Positions 50,429 through 60,394 of a stretch of DNA of 64,000 nt are shown one piece after another. Source of the stretch: an uncultured Alphaproteobacteria bacterium (GTDB lineage: Bacteria > Pseudomonadota > Alphaproteobacteria > Rhizobiales > Rhizobiaceae); the NCBI GenBank assembly GCA_963747465.1, contig CAVVFC010000004.1, positions 1,799 through 65,798 on the forward strand, given 5' to 3'. Position numbers and translations under genes: made by a program. A model generated the notes under the pieces. It was not told the DNA's origin. It did no database searches and saw nothing but the letters and a program-made list of their open reading frames with translations. Positions within the stretch are counted from its first letter, which is position 1. Every line of letters starts with the position of its first letter.

Positions 50429-50845
50429 TTGATCCAGCCGGCCAACGTGCAGGAAGCGCTCGTCCACATCATGGTCGCCGTGTCCGCTTCCGACAGCAAC
50501 ATGACGGACCGCGAACTGGCCAAGATGGGGGTGGTCGTCCGCACCATGCCGGTGTTTCGCGAGTTCGAGCCGGACGATCTCCTGGAAGTGGCCAAGAAGA
50601 GCCAGCAGATACTTCAGCAGGACGAGGTCCTGAACGAGATCGTCGCGTCCATCGTCGAGATAATCCCGGCTCGGCTGCGGGACACGGCCTATTCGGTCGC
50701 CGTCGAAATCGCCGCTGCGGACAGGCGTGTGAGACCCGAGGAACTGCGCATCCTGCAGATACTGCGCGGGCATCTCGGCGTCGATTCGCTGACGGCTGCC
50801 GCGATCGAGAGGGCGGCCGTGATCCGGCAACGCACGCTCACCTGA
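50429..50845 (+). CDS. TerB-family (tellurite resistance) protein
   Basis: GAGGAG RBS then TTG; MVAVSASD..MTDRE...DTAY..AVEIAAAD...EELRIL pattern. Confidence 0.78.
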   Translation: MIQPANVQEALVHIMVAVSASDSNMTDRELAKMGVVVRTMPVFREFEPDDLLEVAKKSQQILQQDEVLNEIVASIVEIIPARLRDTAYSVAVEIAAADRRVRPEELRILQILRGHLGVDSLTAAAIERAAVIRQRTLT

Positions 50846-50891
50846 GTTCCGGGTTCGGCGAGCGGACCTTTTCGCGTAGACGGATGCGGGT

Positions 50892-51752
50892 TCAGAAGAA
50901 GCTCATCGGGAAGTAGCGCAGGTAGAGTTCGGCGAAGATGCCCTTCGCCTCGATCTCCCGGAGCGCATAGTCGATGGCGGCGGCCAACTCCGCGTCCCTC
51001 GCCCCGACGGCAATCGCCATTCCGGTTCCCAGATATTCGGGGAGGAGGTATGGTCCCCCGGCGAATTGACAGCAGTTCTTCGACGCTGTGCCGGCAAGCC
51101 AGAATGACAGCCGCATGCCGTCTCCGAAGACGGCGTCGATCTTCCCTTCGCGGAGGTCGTCGAGCATCCATTCCGGCCGGGTGTAGGTGATCACCTTCTC
51201 CTCGGGGAAGAGGTCCCGAAGCGCGTCCTCGTGAGCCGAGCCCGCGACTACGCCGACCCGCTTGTCGTCGAGTTCCTCATAGAGCGGCTTGTCGCCTGGC
51301 GATCCCTTCCTCATGAGGAAGCGGGCGGGAAGGCGCAGATAAGGTCGGGAGAAGGTGAACCGACGTCGGGTTTCTTCCGTCACGGCTATGCCGGCGATGA
51401 TCGCTTCCCCTTCGCCGGCCGCGATCGCGGATGGCAATTCGTTCCAGGGAACGGCCTGGATCTGGCAAACGTCCGAAAGGCCGATCTCGGCGCAGATGGC
51501 TCGCGCAAGATCGACGTGGAAGCCGGTCAACCGGCCCGATTCATCGAGGAAGTTGAAGGGCGGAAAATCGACCGTCGTCAGGAACCTAAGTCGCTGCCGA
51601 TCCAGCGCCTCGGGCTTCTGCAGGCGCTCCCGCGTATCCCAGAAATGGGGAATGCCCGATTCCGCCGGGACTGCGACGGCAGAAACCGAAAAGAGAATTG
51701 CCGCAGCCGCGACGATTCGTGTCGCTGCTGCCTTGCCGGCTCGCCGCAACAT
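50892..51752 (-). CDS. Transporter substrate-binding domain protein (SBP family 3)
   Basis: Signal peptide, LRFLTTVDFPPFNF..GFHVDLARAIC, DAVFGDG and ELYLRYFP motifs. Confidence 0.85.
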   Translation of the reverse strand: MLRRAGKAAATRIVAAAAILFSVSAVAVPAESGIPHFWDTRERLQKPEALDRQRLRFLTTVDFPPFNFLDESGRLTGFHVDLARAICAEIGLSDVCQIQAVPWNELPSAIAAGEGEAIIAGIAVTEETRRRFTFSRPYLRLPARFLMRKGSPGDKPLYEELDDKRVGVVAGSAHEDALRDLFPEEKVITYTRPEWMLDDLREGKIDAVFGDGMRLSFWLAGTASKNCCQFAGGPYLLPEYLGTGMAIAVGARDAELAAAIDYALREIEAKGIFAELYLRYFPMSFF

Positions 51753-51917
51753 CCCCGATTTCACTGTGATCCCGTCATTCTGCGATCGATTGAATGATGG
51801 GACGGCGGAACTGGTGGACATTCGCATGCTTCGGATGTTGGAATGCAACTTGAGGTTAATGGAATAACGGACTACGCACGCGGTATAGTAAGACAGGCTA
51901 TCGGACCGGAGAGGTTG

Positions 51918-52649
51918 ATGGGGCAATTCGACGATACTCTCCAATTCATTGACGATCTGCAACATGCCTCCACGCCGGAAGGCGTAAGCAGGCTGCTGCT
52001 CGGCCTGACCAGTAACTTCGGCCTGACGGCCCTGATGGCCGGGACGGTTCCGCATCCGGGCACACCCCGGTCGCGGCAGCGAAGCCACGCCATGCTCTGC
52101 GACTGGCCGATGCATTGGTTCGAGCGCTATGTGGCGCGAAACTATGTCGATCAGGATCCGGTCGTCACCTACATGAAGAGGCAGCCGTCGCTCGTTCGTT
52201 GGAGCACGGCTGCGACGGAACTGCAATCGGGCCGCAGCGCATTGCGCGTCATGGGCGACGCCGGCGAATTCAAGCTGAACGACGGCCTCGCTTTCCCGCT
52301 GATCACCATGGAAGGCAACATCGTCATGGTGTCGCTCGGGGGCGAGATGGTCGACATCTCGCCGGAGGAGCTGGGCGTCGTCGAACTCGCCGCGACCTAT
52401 GCGGTCGGGCGGGCCATGCAGCTTCACAACGCCAGCGAAATCTTCGCCCAGCGGCCGGATCTCACCCCGCGTGAGACGGAGTGTCTCAAATGGGCGGCAG
52501 AGGGCAAATCGGAGTGGGAGATCTCCCAGATCCTGGGAATCTCCGAACACACCTCCGAGAAGCACCTGCTGAACGCAAAGCGCAAGCTCGGAGCGGTCAA
52601 CCGCGTCCATGCGGTCGCCGAAGCCATCCGGCTCGGTTACATTTCCTAG
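51918..52649 (+). CDS. LuxR-family AHL-binding transcriptional regulator (MqsR-like)
   Basis: Autoinducer-binding residues W..Y...Y..DP..W..G present; C-terminal LTPRETECLKWAAEGKS.WEI..ILGISE HTH. Confidence 0.93.
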   Translation: MGQFDDTLQFIDDLQHASTPEGVSRLLLGLTSNFGLTALMAGTVPHPGTPRSRQRSHAMLCDWPMHWFERYVARNYVDQDPVVTYMKRQPSLVRWSTAATELQSGRSALRVMGDAGEFKLNDGLAFPLITMEGNIVMVSLGGEMVDISPEELGVVELAATYAVGRAMQLHNASEIFAQRPDLTPRETECLKWAAEGKSEWEISQILGISEHTSEKHLLNAKRKLGAVNRVHAVAEAIRLGYIS

Positions 52650-52780
52650 CCGCGACCGTATCTAACTTCCTGATAAAACTCTGGTTTGGCTGGCGTCCCC
52701 ACGAGGGCGATCGACCGCCATTGCCGACGGGCTGCGACCGCTCCGTCCGCCGCCGCCGTTTCGTCGGCGGCCAAAACTTG

Positions 52781-52798
52781 ATTACGTGATCGCGTAAT
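52781..52798. promoter_or_regulatory. Candidate lux-box (18-bp palindrome) upstream of luxI
   Basis: ATTACGTGA|TCGCGTAAT (one mismatch), centred ~42 bp upstream of a start implied by a TAGTTT -10 at 52820. Confidence 0.5.
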
Positions 52799-52852
52799 AC
52801 TCGTCGCTCTTCCGCATCGTAGTTTTTGCTCGCCAGCAACAGGAGGGATCAT

Positions 52853-53491
52853 ATGATCTATGCACTGAGCACCACCGAACTCGCAGACCAGCCGGACCTC
52901 TGGGAAGAAGTCCATCGCCTCCGCCACAAGATATTCGTCGAAGAAATGGGATGGGACGATCTTCGCCGTTCCGACCGTATGGAAATTGACCAGTTCGACC
53001 ATGAAGAGGCGGTCCATCATCTTTGCATGCGCAATGGCCGCGTTGCCGGCTATCAGCGAATGCTTCCCACGACACGGCCGCATCTGCTGACCGACGTGCT
53101 GCAGGACTTGTGCGAGGGGACTTCGCCCAAAGGGGCGAACATCTTCGAACTGACCCGCTACGCCGTGGCTCCGGCCTATCGGGACGGCCGACGTGGCGTC
53201 TCCACAGTGGGCACAGAGCTCATCGCCGGCTTCGTCGAATGGGGCCTGCAGAACGCAGTCGACCAGGTGATCATCGAGTTCGAACCGATGTGGGTGCTTC
53301 GGGCCCTGCAACTGAGCTTCCTGGCGCGCCCGCTCGGATACCAGCGCACCTACGGGCGCCAACAGGTGGTGGCGACGCTGCTCACCTTCAACGAGAAGAC
53401 GCTCGAAGTCGTGCGAGACCGCCGCAATCAGCATGCGCCGGTCCTGAGCACCGGTCTGCCGGACGAATTCTCTTTCAAGCAGGCTTCGTAA
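52853..53491 (+). CDS. Acyl-homoserine-lactone synthase (LuxI family, MqsI-like)
   Basis: RLRHKIFVEEMGW, EIDQFD, RMLPTT.PHLL and FELTRY motifs; AGGAGG RBS. Confidence 0.95.
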   Translation: MIYALSTTELADQPDLWEEVHRLRHKIFVEEMGWDDLRRSDRMEIDQFDHEEAVHHLCMRNGRVAGYQRMLPTTRPHLLTDVLQDLCEGTSPKGANIFELTRYAVAPAYRDGRRGVSTVGTELIAGFVEWGLQNAVDQVIIEFEPMWVLRALQLSFLARPLGYQRTYGRQQVVATLLTFNEKTLEVVRDRRNQHAPVLSTGLPDEFSFKQAS

Positions 53492-53546
53492 TCCCGAAGC
53501 GATCGACTGCCTGAAAAAAAGAAGCCGAACCCATCGGAGAAGACAA

Positions 53547-54296
53547 ATGGAGATTCTACACGAAGCTGAATTCCACAATCACACCCTGGCACTGACCCTC
53601 TCGGGGCATGGTGGCCGGCCGATCCTCGACTACCGCGCCTATGAGCGGCTTTCGCGGGAACTCGACCGGGCAGAGGCCGACGAAGAGGTCAGGGTCGTCA
53701 TCCTGAAGGGGCTTTCGGGATGTTTCTGCCTGGGGGGAGACCTGTCGGAGTTCCTGGACCCCAGCAAGCATGAGACACTCATAGCGGCCGTAACCGGCAT
53801 GTTCCGCCGGCTCGCCAAGTTCTCGAAGCCGATGCTCGGTTGCGTCGACGGAGATGCGGTCGGGGTCGGATGCACCGTGCTCTTCCACTGCGACCTCGTC
53901 TACGCCTCCAGCAAGAGCACCTTCCGGGTGCCCTTCGTCGACCTCGGCCTTGTCCCGGATGCCGCGACCAGCCTGCTGGCTCCCGAGAAGCTCGGATATG
54001 CCTCTGCATTCCGCTTCTTCTGCCTCGGCGAGACCATGGACGCGGAAGCCGCGCTGAAGCTCGGGCTGATCTCGGACCTCGTCGACGACGTCGACCCGGA
54101 AACGCGGGCGCGGGAAACGGCGCGGCGACTGGCCAAGAAGCCGGCAAGGGCTTTGGCACAGACGCGAAACCTGCTCAAGGGCGACACCGCACAGTTGTGC
54201 AACCGTATAGACAGGGAGATCACTCTGTTCCACAATGCGTTGCAGGATGAGGCGACGATCCGGCGGCTCAAGCGCGTCGCGCGCATGGCGGCTTGA
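53547..54296 (+). CDS. Crotonase/enoyl-CoA hydratase-isomerase family protein (MqsC-like)
   Basis: FCLGGDL, VDGDAVGVG and PFVDLGLVPDAA motifs; directly follows luxI. Confidence 0.9.
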   Translation: MEILHEAEFHNHTLALTLSGHGGRPILDYRAYERLSRELDRAEADEEVRVVILKGLSGCFCLGGDLSEFLDPSKHETLIAAVTGMFRRLAKFSKPMLGCVDGDAVGVGCTVLFHCDLVYASSKSTFRVPFVDLGLVPDAATSLLAPEKLGYASAFRFFCLGETMDAEAALKLGLISDLVDDVDPETRARETARRLAKKPARALAQTRNLLKGDTAQLCNRIDREITLFHNALQDEATIRRLKRVARMAA

Positions 54297-54373
54297 AAGC
54301 TGTCCGAGCCGGTGAGTGACTGAGGGGTTCTCACCGGCCCGGATCCGACGGAGGGTTCTTTGGGGGGAGCCGG

Positions 54374-56449
54374 ATGGGGGACATCGGTCTTCCTCCGAAC
54401 CGGAGGCTTGGACACGGACCCGGGGCCGACCTGCCTGCCGTGATCGGCGGGTGGTCTGAAGGGGCGCGGCTTCTCGATCGGCTCCGCCTTCTGAAAGGGT
54501 GGGACAGCTTCCTGGCAAGGCTGAACATCCCGGACGAGTTGGCGATGCAGATCGCCGAGCGTGCCCGGGTCAACCGGACGTGCTTCCACACCGAACTCCT
54601 GTCGTCGGGCTTCATGTCCGAAGAGGCGCACTTCCGCGCACTGGCAGCGGAACTGGAACTGCCTTACCGCGACAGGATCGACCCATTGCGGCTCCTTTCG
54701 GGGGATGAAACCGCACTCGCGGCCCTGAGGAGCGTTCGCGGGAGCAGTCTGGCGCTGATGGAAAACGGCGGTGCCGAAACTCTTCTCGTCCTCGCGCCCG
54801 TCCGTCTCGACCTGACGGCGCTGAAGGCGCTCCTGGCGCGCCAGCCGCAACTGGCATCCCGCGCAGTCATAACCAGTCCGACGGCGCTGCGCGCAGCCCT
54901 TCTCGCCCGGGTGCGGGACAACCTCCTTCGAGATGCCTGCCGGGGATTGTTCAATATGTGGCCCCACATGTCGGCGCGCCTCGTCACCGACTCCTGGCAG
55001 GGGTTCCTGGTGGGTATCTCGATCGTGGCCCTGCCGGTGCTCCTGGCCATGGCGCCGGTGCTCACCGCACTCACCACCTATGCCTGCCTCTCGATACTCT
55101 TTCTTGGATGCATCGGCCTGCGTCTCGCTTCGGCCGTCTCGACCGGGATCGACGAGAGGGCTGCGTCGCGCCCGGGTCGAACCGACGCAGACCTCCCAGT
55201 CTATACGGTGCTCGTGGCGCTCCACCACGAAGCCGAGGTCGTTCCGGATCTGCTGGTGGCGCTCGGCAGGCTCGACTGGCCGCGCAGCAAGCTGGAGATC
55301 AAACTCGTCTGTGAGGAGGACGACACGGAGACGCTCGCAGCGATCGGGCGGCAGAGGCTGCGGCCCTGGGTAGAGGTGATCAGGGTTCCGGCGACCGAGC
55401 CGCGCACCAAGCCCAAGGCACTCTCCTTCGCCCTTCCTATCGCGGGAGGTGACATCGTCGCGCTATACGACGCCGAAGACAGGCCGCATCCGATGCAACT
55501 GCGCGAGGCATGGGCGAAGTTCCGGCACGGCGGCGAGGAACTTGCCTGCATCCAGGCGCCGCTCTCGATCGCCAATGCCGCCTACGGCGTCCTTCCGTTC
55601 ATGTTTCGGATCGAATACGCGGCGCTTTTCCGTGGCATTCTGCCGTGGCTGTCTTCCCAGGACCTTCTCATCCCGCTCGGGGGAACATCAAACCATTTCA
55701 GGCGCGAGGCGCTCGTGGAGGTCGGCGGCTGGGACCCGCACAACGTCACCGAAGACGCCGACCTCGGCGCGCGCCTCAAGCGTTTCGGGTATCGCACGGA
55801 GACCATCGGAACGCCGACGCTCGAAGACGCGCCCGAGGAACTGCTGGTGTGGATCCGACAGCGGACGCGCTGGTACAAGGGCTGGATGCAGACCTGGCTC
55901 GTGCACATGCGACAGCCGGTACTCCTCTACCGCGAACTCGGCGCCGGATCATTTGTCGTATTCCAGATACTGTTCGGAGGGCTGATCGCATCCGCCCTGC
56001 TGCACCCGCTTCTTTGGGGGACGACGCTGGCGCTGTGCGGGAAATTCGCCGTGGCGGGCGCGCTCCTGCCGACCGAGCGCTGGCTGTTCACCATCGCGGC
56101 CATGAACATCTTCGCGGGCTATGGCTCGTTCCTGCTTCTAGGCTGGCGATGTCTCAGGCCGGCGGAGCGCGACGGTTTCTGGAAGACGCTGTTCCTGACG
56201 GTGCCGTACTGGCTGTTGATGTCGGCTGCAGCCTATCGCGCGCTCGGTCAATTGCTGCGTCGCCCCCACTACTGGGAAAAGACGCCGCACCGGCGTTTCC
56301 GTCGGCCGAACCGGCCGGAGGCGGTCCGCGATGCTCCGGGAAGCATGGACGCTGCAGAAGGGTCGGGCTATTCGCCGACGATGTCCAGCCCGCTCAGGAC
56401 GATCTTGTCGTCCTCTTCGCCGATCACCGCGTCGTCGCGTCCTTCGTAG
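54374..56449 (+). CDS. Family 2 glycosyltransferase with N-terminal GspE-N/MshEN-like region (start uncertain)
   Basis: [35 protein letters not shown] and RQRTRW (QxxRW) motifs; C-terminal TMs. Confidence 0.88.
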   Translation: MGDIGLPPNRRLGHGPGADLPAVIGGWSEGARLLDRLRLLKGWDSFLARLNIPDELAMQIAERARVNRTCFHTELLSSGFMSEEAHFRALAAELELPYRDRIDPLRLLSGDETALAALRSVRGSSLALMENGGAETLLVLAPVRLDLTALKALLARQPQLASRAVITSPTALRAALLARVRDNLLRDACRGLFNMWPHMSARLVTDSWQGFLVGISIVALPVLLAMAPVLTALTTYACLSILFLGCIGLRLASAVSTGIDERAASRPGRTDADLPVYTVLVALHHEAEVVPDLLVALGRLDWPRSKLEIKLVCEEDDTETLAAIGRQRLRPWVEVIRVPATEPRTKPKALSFALPIAGGDIVALYDAEDRPHPMQLREAWAKFRHGGEELACIQAPLSIANAAYGVLPFMFRIEYAALFRGILPWLSSQDLLIPLGGTSNHFRREALVEVGGWDPHNVTEDADLGARLKRFGYRTETIGTPTLEDAPEELLVWIRQRTRWYKGWMQTWLVHMRQPVLLYRELGAGSFVVFQILFGGLIASALLHPLLWGTTLALCGKFAVAGALLPTERWLFTIAAMNIFAGYGSFLLLGWRCLRPAERDGFWKTLFLTVPYWLLMSAAAYRALGQLLRRPHYWEKTPHRRFRRPNRPEAVRDAPGSMDAAEGSGYSPTMSSPLRTILSSSSPITASSRPS

Positions 56450-57270
56450 GGAAGCGACTTCAGGATGCGTCTGATCGCGGCCAGCCGCGAGCGGCGCTTG
56501 TCGTTGGCACGCAGCACGATCCATGGCGCGTGGTGCGTGTGGGTGTGCTTCATCATCGTGTCACGCGCTTTCGTGTACTCGTCCCACTTCGCCATCCCGG
56601 CAATGTCGATGGGCGAGAATTTCCAGATCTTCAGGGGATCATGGCGGCGGTCATGGAATCGTTCGAGTTGCATTTCCTGACCGATGTTGAGCCAGAACTT
56701 GAAGAAGTGAATGCCTTCATTGACGATCATCTGCTCGAACTGCGGCGTCTCCCGAAGGAAGCGGTGATACTGTTCGTCCGTGCAGAATCCCATCACCGGC
56801 TCGACGCCCGCACGATTGTACCAGGACCGGTCGAAGGTCACGAATTCGCCCGCGGTCGGGAAGTGCTCGACGTAGCGCTGGTAGTACCATTCTCCGCGTT
56901 CCCGCTCGGTCGGCTTGGGAAGAGCCACGTTGCGGGCGCTGCGCGGGTTCATGTACTGGCGTATGACGAAGATGGTACCGCCCTTGCCTGCGGCGTCGCG
57001 CCCTTCGAAGATCGCCAGCACGCGTTCGCCCGTCGCCTGGAGCCAAAGCTGAAGCTTGACCAACTCGATCTGGAGCTGTTCCAGCGTATCCTCGTATTCA
57101 TCCTTGTCCATCTTCTTCCGGTAGGGGTAGCCGGCAGACCCCATCGCGTTGTCCTTGACCCAGTCGGGGAGTTTGGGAGCGTCGATGTCGAACACGCGTT
57201 CGACGCCTCCCGTCGTGATGCGCACCGGCGCGTTGTCGGGGAGGTTCCGCATATGGCTCTGGGAGGTCAT
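56368..57270 (-). CDS. ppk2: Polyphosphate kinase 2
   Basis: [30 protein letters not shown] and TH.HAPW motifs. Confidence 0.95.
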   Translation of the reverse strand: MTSQSHMRNLPDNAPVRITTGGVERVFDIDAPKLPDWVKDNAMGSAGYPYRKKMDKDEYEDTLEQLQIELVKLQLWLQATGERVLAIFEGRDAAGKGGTIFVIRQYMNPRSARNVALPKPTERERGEWYYQRYVEHFPTAGEFVTFDRSWYNRAGVEPVMGFCTDEQYHRFLRETPQFEQMIVNEGIHFFKFWLNIGQEMQLERFHDRRHDPLKIWKFSPIDIAGMAKWDEYTKARDTMMKHTHTHHAPWIVLRANDKRRSRLAAIRRILKSLPYEGRDDAVIGEEDDKIVLSGLDIVGE

Positions 57271-57379
57271 TCCTGTTTCTCCACGAAGGCGTGGACGCCA
57301 TGCTATTGAGCGCAAGCAGATGCGTCCAGCCGTCGATGGAGGCTGGATCGATCGCGGAAGGTTTTCCGGGGGAGGTGCG

Positions 57380-58651
57380 ATGAACGGCAGTGACGAGCGG
57401 CAAGAGGGCACCCTGGCGCTCGTGCGCAGGCGCCTCGCGGAAACCCGATGGGTGCTCCTGGCCGCCACAGTGGCCCTGGTCGGCATCGGCTACGCGGGAG
57501 GTGTTTCTGTTGCAGGGGTAGCGGTTGCCGCCGTGTTCGTCGCCGCGGTGGCGGTACTGATGCGCGACAAGGCCGCGGTCATGGGAAAGGCCGAAGCCGA
57601 TGCCGCCGCGGCGAAGGCCGGCTATCTTGATCTTTCGGCACAGGCGCTGGCGGAAGCCGTCCCCGATCCGATGATCATCTTCGATCTGAACGGGCTCGTG
57701 GTGAGCCGAAACGAAGCCGCCCGTTCCGTGTTCGGCAAGCTCGACGCCGGAACTCTGCTCAACCTCCGTTTCCGCACGCCCGAGTTCCAGGATCTGCTGG
57801 CGAGTCTTCTTGCGAACGGAACCGGACCGCTGAGCTGCGAATATGTCGAACGGGTGCCGATCGAGCGATGGTTCCGGGTAGCCGGGATGGCGGTCGGGGA
57901 AGGAAGCGGGCTATACGTGCTCGTCTTCAAGGACCAGAGCGAAATCCGGCGGATCGACCGCATGCGCGCCGATTTCATCGCCAATGCGAGCCACGAACTG
58001 CGGACACCGCTCGCATCGATCGCCGGGTTCATCGAAACCTTGCGCGGACCGGCGCGAAACGATCCGGGAGCGCGCGAGCAGTTCCTGCAGATCATGCAGA
58101 ACCAGACGGCGCGCATGGCGCGGCTGATCGACGACCTTCTCTCGCTGTCGCGGGTCGAGATGAAGACCTACGCGCCGACTTCCCAGGCGATCGACATCCG
58201 TCCGCTGCTGGAAGGCGTCGTCGAGTCCCTGCGGCACCTGGCGACCGACAATGGCGTCGCCATCGAGAAGGAGATCGCGACGGAACCGGTCGAGGTGCGG
58301 GGCAACCCGGACGAACTCACTGAAGTCTTCGAGAACCTGCTCGAAAACGCGATCAAGTACGGCCAGTCCGGCGGCAAGGTCGTCGTCGGCGCCTTTCCGC
58401 CGGGCCCTGCACCCGGCACCGGGCCGAAGGTGACGTTCACCGACTTCGGCCCGGGAATTGCCGAGGAGCATATCCCGCGCGTCACGGAGCGCTTCTACCG
58501 CGTGGAAGTGGAGACTGGCCGCGCGCAGAAGGGAACGGGGCTGGGGCTGGCCATCGTCAAGCACATCCTCACGCGGCACAATGCACGCCTGACGATCCGG
58601 TCGAAGCCCGGCGAGGGTGCGACCTTCACGGTCAACTTCCCTTCGATCTGA
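57380..58651 (+). CDS. phoR: Phosphate regulon sensor histidine kinase PhoR
   Basis: 2 TMs, [33 protein letters not shown] and [11 protein letters not shown] motifs. Confidence 0.93.
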   Translation: MNGSDERQEGTLALVRRRLAETRWVLLAATVALVGIGYAGGVSVAGVAVAAVFVAAVAVLMRDKAAVMGKAEADAAAAKAGYLDLSAQALAEAVPDPMIIFDLNGLVVSRNEAARSVFGKLDAGTLLNLRFRTPEFQDLLASLLANGTGPLSCEYVERVPIERWFRVAGMAVGEGSGLYVLVFKDQSEIRRIDRMRADFIANASHELRTPLASIAGFIETLRGPARNDPGAREQFLQIMQNQTARMARLIDDLLSLSRVEMKTYAPTSQAIDIRPLLEGVVESLRHLATDNGVAIEKEIATEPVEVRGNPDELTEVFENLLENAIKYGQSGGKVVVGAFPPGPAPGTGPKVTFTDFGPGIAEEHIPRVTERFYRVEVETGRAQKGTGLGLAIVKHILTRHNARLTIRSKPGEGATFTVNFPSI

Positions 58652-58733
58652 CCGTTACCGCGGGAGCGGGCGTTTTCGTCTTTCGGTCATGTGAGCGCCG
58701 TATACACTGATGATTCGCGGCGGAGGTTCATCG

Positions 58734-59447
58734 ATGGCAACAGTGCATATCATGAATGCCTACGATCAGGAGCTGAAGTTCCTGGTGAACCGCATCGCCG
58801 CCATGGGGGGGCATGCGGAGAGAATGGTGGACGAAGCCGTCAAGGCGCTCGTGCATCACGATCAAGGCCTTGCACGCAAGGTGATCGACGACGATGCCGT
58901 GCTCGACGAGGGCCAGAGGGAGATCGACGACAAGGCCGTCGTCATCATCGCCCGCCGCCAGCCGATGGCCGACGATCTTCGCGAGATCATCGGGGCGATC
59001 CGCATCTCGTCGGACCTGGAACGGGTCGGGGATCTTGGAAAGAACATCGCCAAGCGGGTGCTCTCGATATCGGAGACGCCGCAGCCCGTGCGGTTGTCCC
59101 GGGGGCTGGAGGCCCTGGCGCAGCTCGCCCTGGTGCAGTTGAAGGAAGTGCTCGACTGCTATGCGACGCGATCGGTCGAACGGATCGGCTTCGTTCGCGA
59201 CAGGGACGACGACATCGATGCCATGTACACGTCGCTGTTCCGCGAACTCCTGACCTACATGATGGAGGACCCGCGCAACATCGCGGCGTGTACCCATCTG
59301 CTGTTCTGCGCCAAGAACATCGAGCGGATTGGCGACCATGCGACCAACATTGCCGAGACGGTCCACTTCATCATCACGGGCGTCCAGATGCCCCTGGAGC
59401 GGCCCAAGGAGGACAAGAGCCACCGGGTCGTCCTGTCGGGCGAATAG
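58734..59447 (+). CDS. phoU: Phosphate signalling complex protein PhoU
   Basis: RRQPMADDLR, DLERVGD and KNIERIGDHATNIAE motifs. Confidence 0.96.
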   Translation: MATVHIMNAYDQELKFLVNRIAAMGGHAERMVDEAVKALVHHDQGLARKVIDDDAVLDEGQREIDDKAVVIIARRQPMADDLREIIGAIRISSDLERVGDLGKNIAKRVLSISETPQPVRLSRGLEALAQLALVQLKEVLDCYATRSVERIGFVRDRDDDIDAMYTSLFRELLTYMMEDPRNIAACTHLLFCAKNIERIGDHATNIAETVHFIITGVQMPLERPKEDKSHRVVLSGE

Positions 59448-59479
59448 ATTTCTCGCCGGCAGGGCTCAGGTGCTGGCTC

Positions 59480-59989
59480 TCACCTGTGACGGCGCCGGTC
59501 CGAAGCTGGCTGGAACGCGAGCCTTGCATGATAGGTGCAGTAAGGGCCGGTCTCGAGGGAGTCGTTTCCGCAAAAGTGGAACTCCTCGGTCAGCGGATCG
59601 CCGTTCGGCCACTTGCAGGTCCTGTCGGTCAGTTCTGCGAGCTTGAGATGGCGTGATATCGGGACGACGACATTCTCGACCTGGCGCGCCGCTGGGCGAT
59701 ACACGGGTTCGGCATCGTAATCGGCCTTGAGCGCGGTCGCCCCCATCGTCTGGGGCACGGAGCGCGGCGACGATACCGGTCTCGGAGCCTTTGGACCCGC
59801 CGGCTTCGGCTTCTTCTGGCGGTTCTGCGCCGGAGCGGCGCGGCCCCGGCTGGAGAGCTTCAGCCGATGGACCTTGCCGATGACGGCATTGCGGCTGACG
59901 CCGCCCAACTGCGCTGCGATCTGGCTTGCGCTCAAACCCTCTGCCCAAAGCTTGCGGAGGAGTTCCACCCGCTCGTCTGTCCAGTTCAT
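59480..59989 (-). CDS. gcrA: GcrA cell-cycle regulator
   Basis: MNWTDERVELLRKLWAEGLSASQIA..GGVSRNAVIGKVHRL and C-terminal TCKWP.GDP..FHFCG..PYC.YH. Confidence 0.95.
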   Translation of the reverse strand: MNWTDERVELLRKLWAEGLSASQIAAQLGGVSRNAVIGKVHRLKLSSRGRAAPAQNRQKKPKPAGPKAPRPVSSPRSVPQTMGATALKADYDAEPVYRPAARQVENVVVPISRHLKLAELTDRTCKWPNGDPLTEEFHFCGNDSLETGPYCTYHARLAFQPASDRRRHR

Positions 59990-60258
59990 GCCGTATGCTC
60001 CTGGTGGTGCCACATCCGGCGGAATCCGAATCCCTACCCGCCCTGGCTGCCGCCAGGAGGACGCCACAGATACTCGGGTGAATTTTTGTCCGCCGCACGA
60101 AATCTAGTTATTTCGTATAGCCAAACTACAATACCCGGTGACTCAGTGACAAGAGTCACCCTGAGTCAGCTGAATCTGTTTTTTCGGTTTTCCCCAACTT
60201 GCGGTCCCGGCGGGTTTCTTCCCGGCCTATCTCCGGAGGGGCGGAAGCGGACCTTTTC

Positions 60259-60287
60259 GTTGACTTGCAAGCGAAAAAATCCAATAT
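60259..60287 (+). promoter_or_regulatory. Sigma-70 promoter for argD
   Basis: GTTGAC-N17-CAATAT, close to the rhizobial CTTGAC-N17-CTATAT consensus. Confidence 0.65.
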
Positions 60288-60394
60288 GCGTCGAAGAGGC
60301 CGCCCCGGGGGCGGCTTTTTAGTTTGCGGACCCGCTCATGCATGGGGATGACGGGATCCTTCGCAGGCACAGGCCCATCCGGAGCAAATTTGGC

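Noticed and set aside
51753-52610. N-terminal extension of the SBP ORF across luxR
   Set aside because: It is antisense to a clear luxR; the signal peptide begins at 51752.
58652-58733. Pho box upstream of phoU
   Set aside because: Only one GTCAT half-site; the second heptamer at 11-bp spacing is too degenerate to call.
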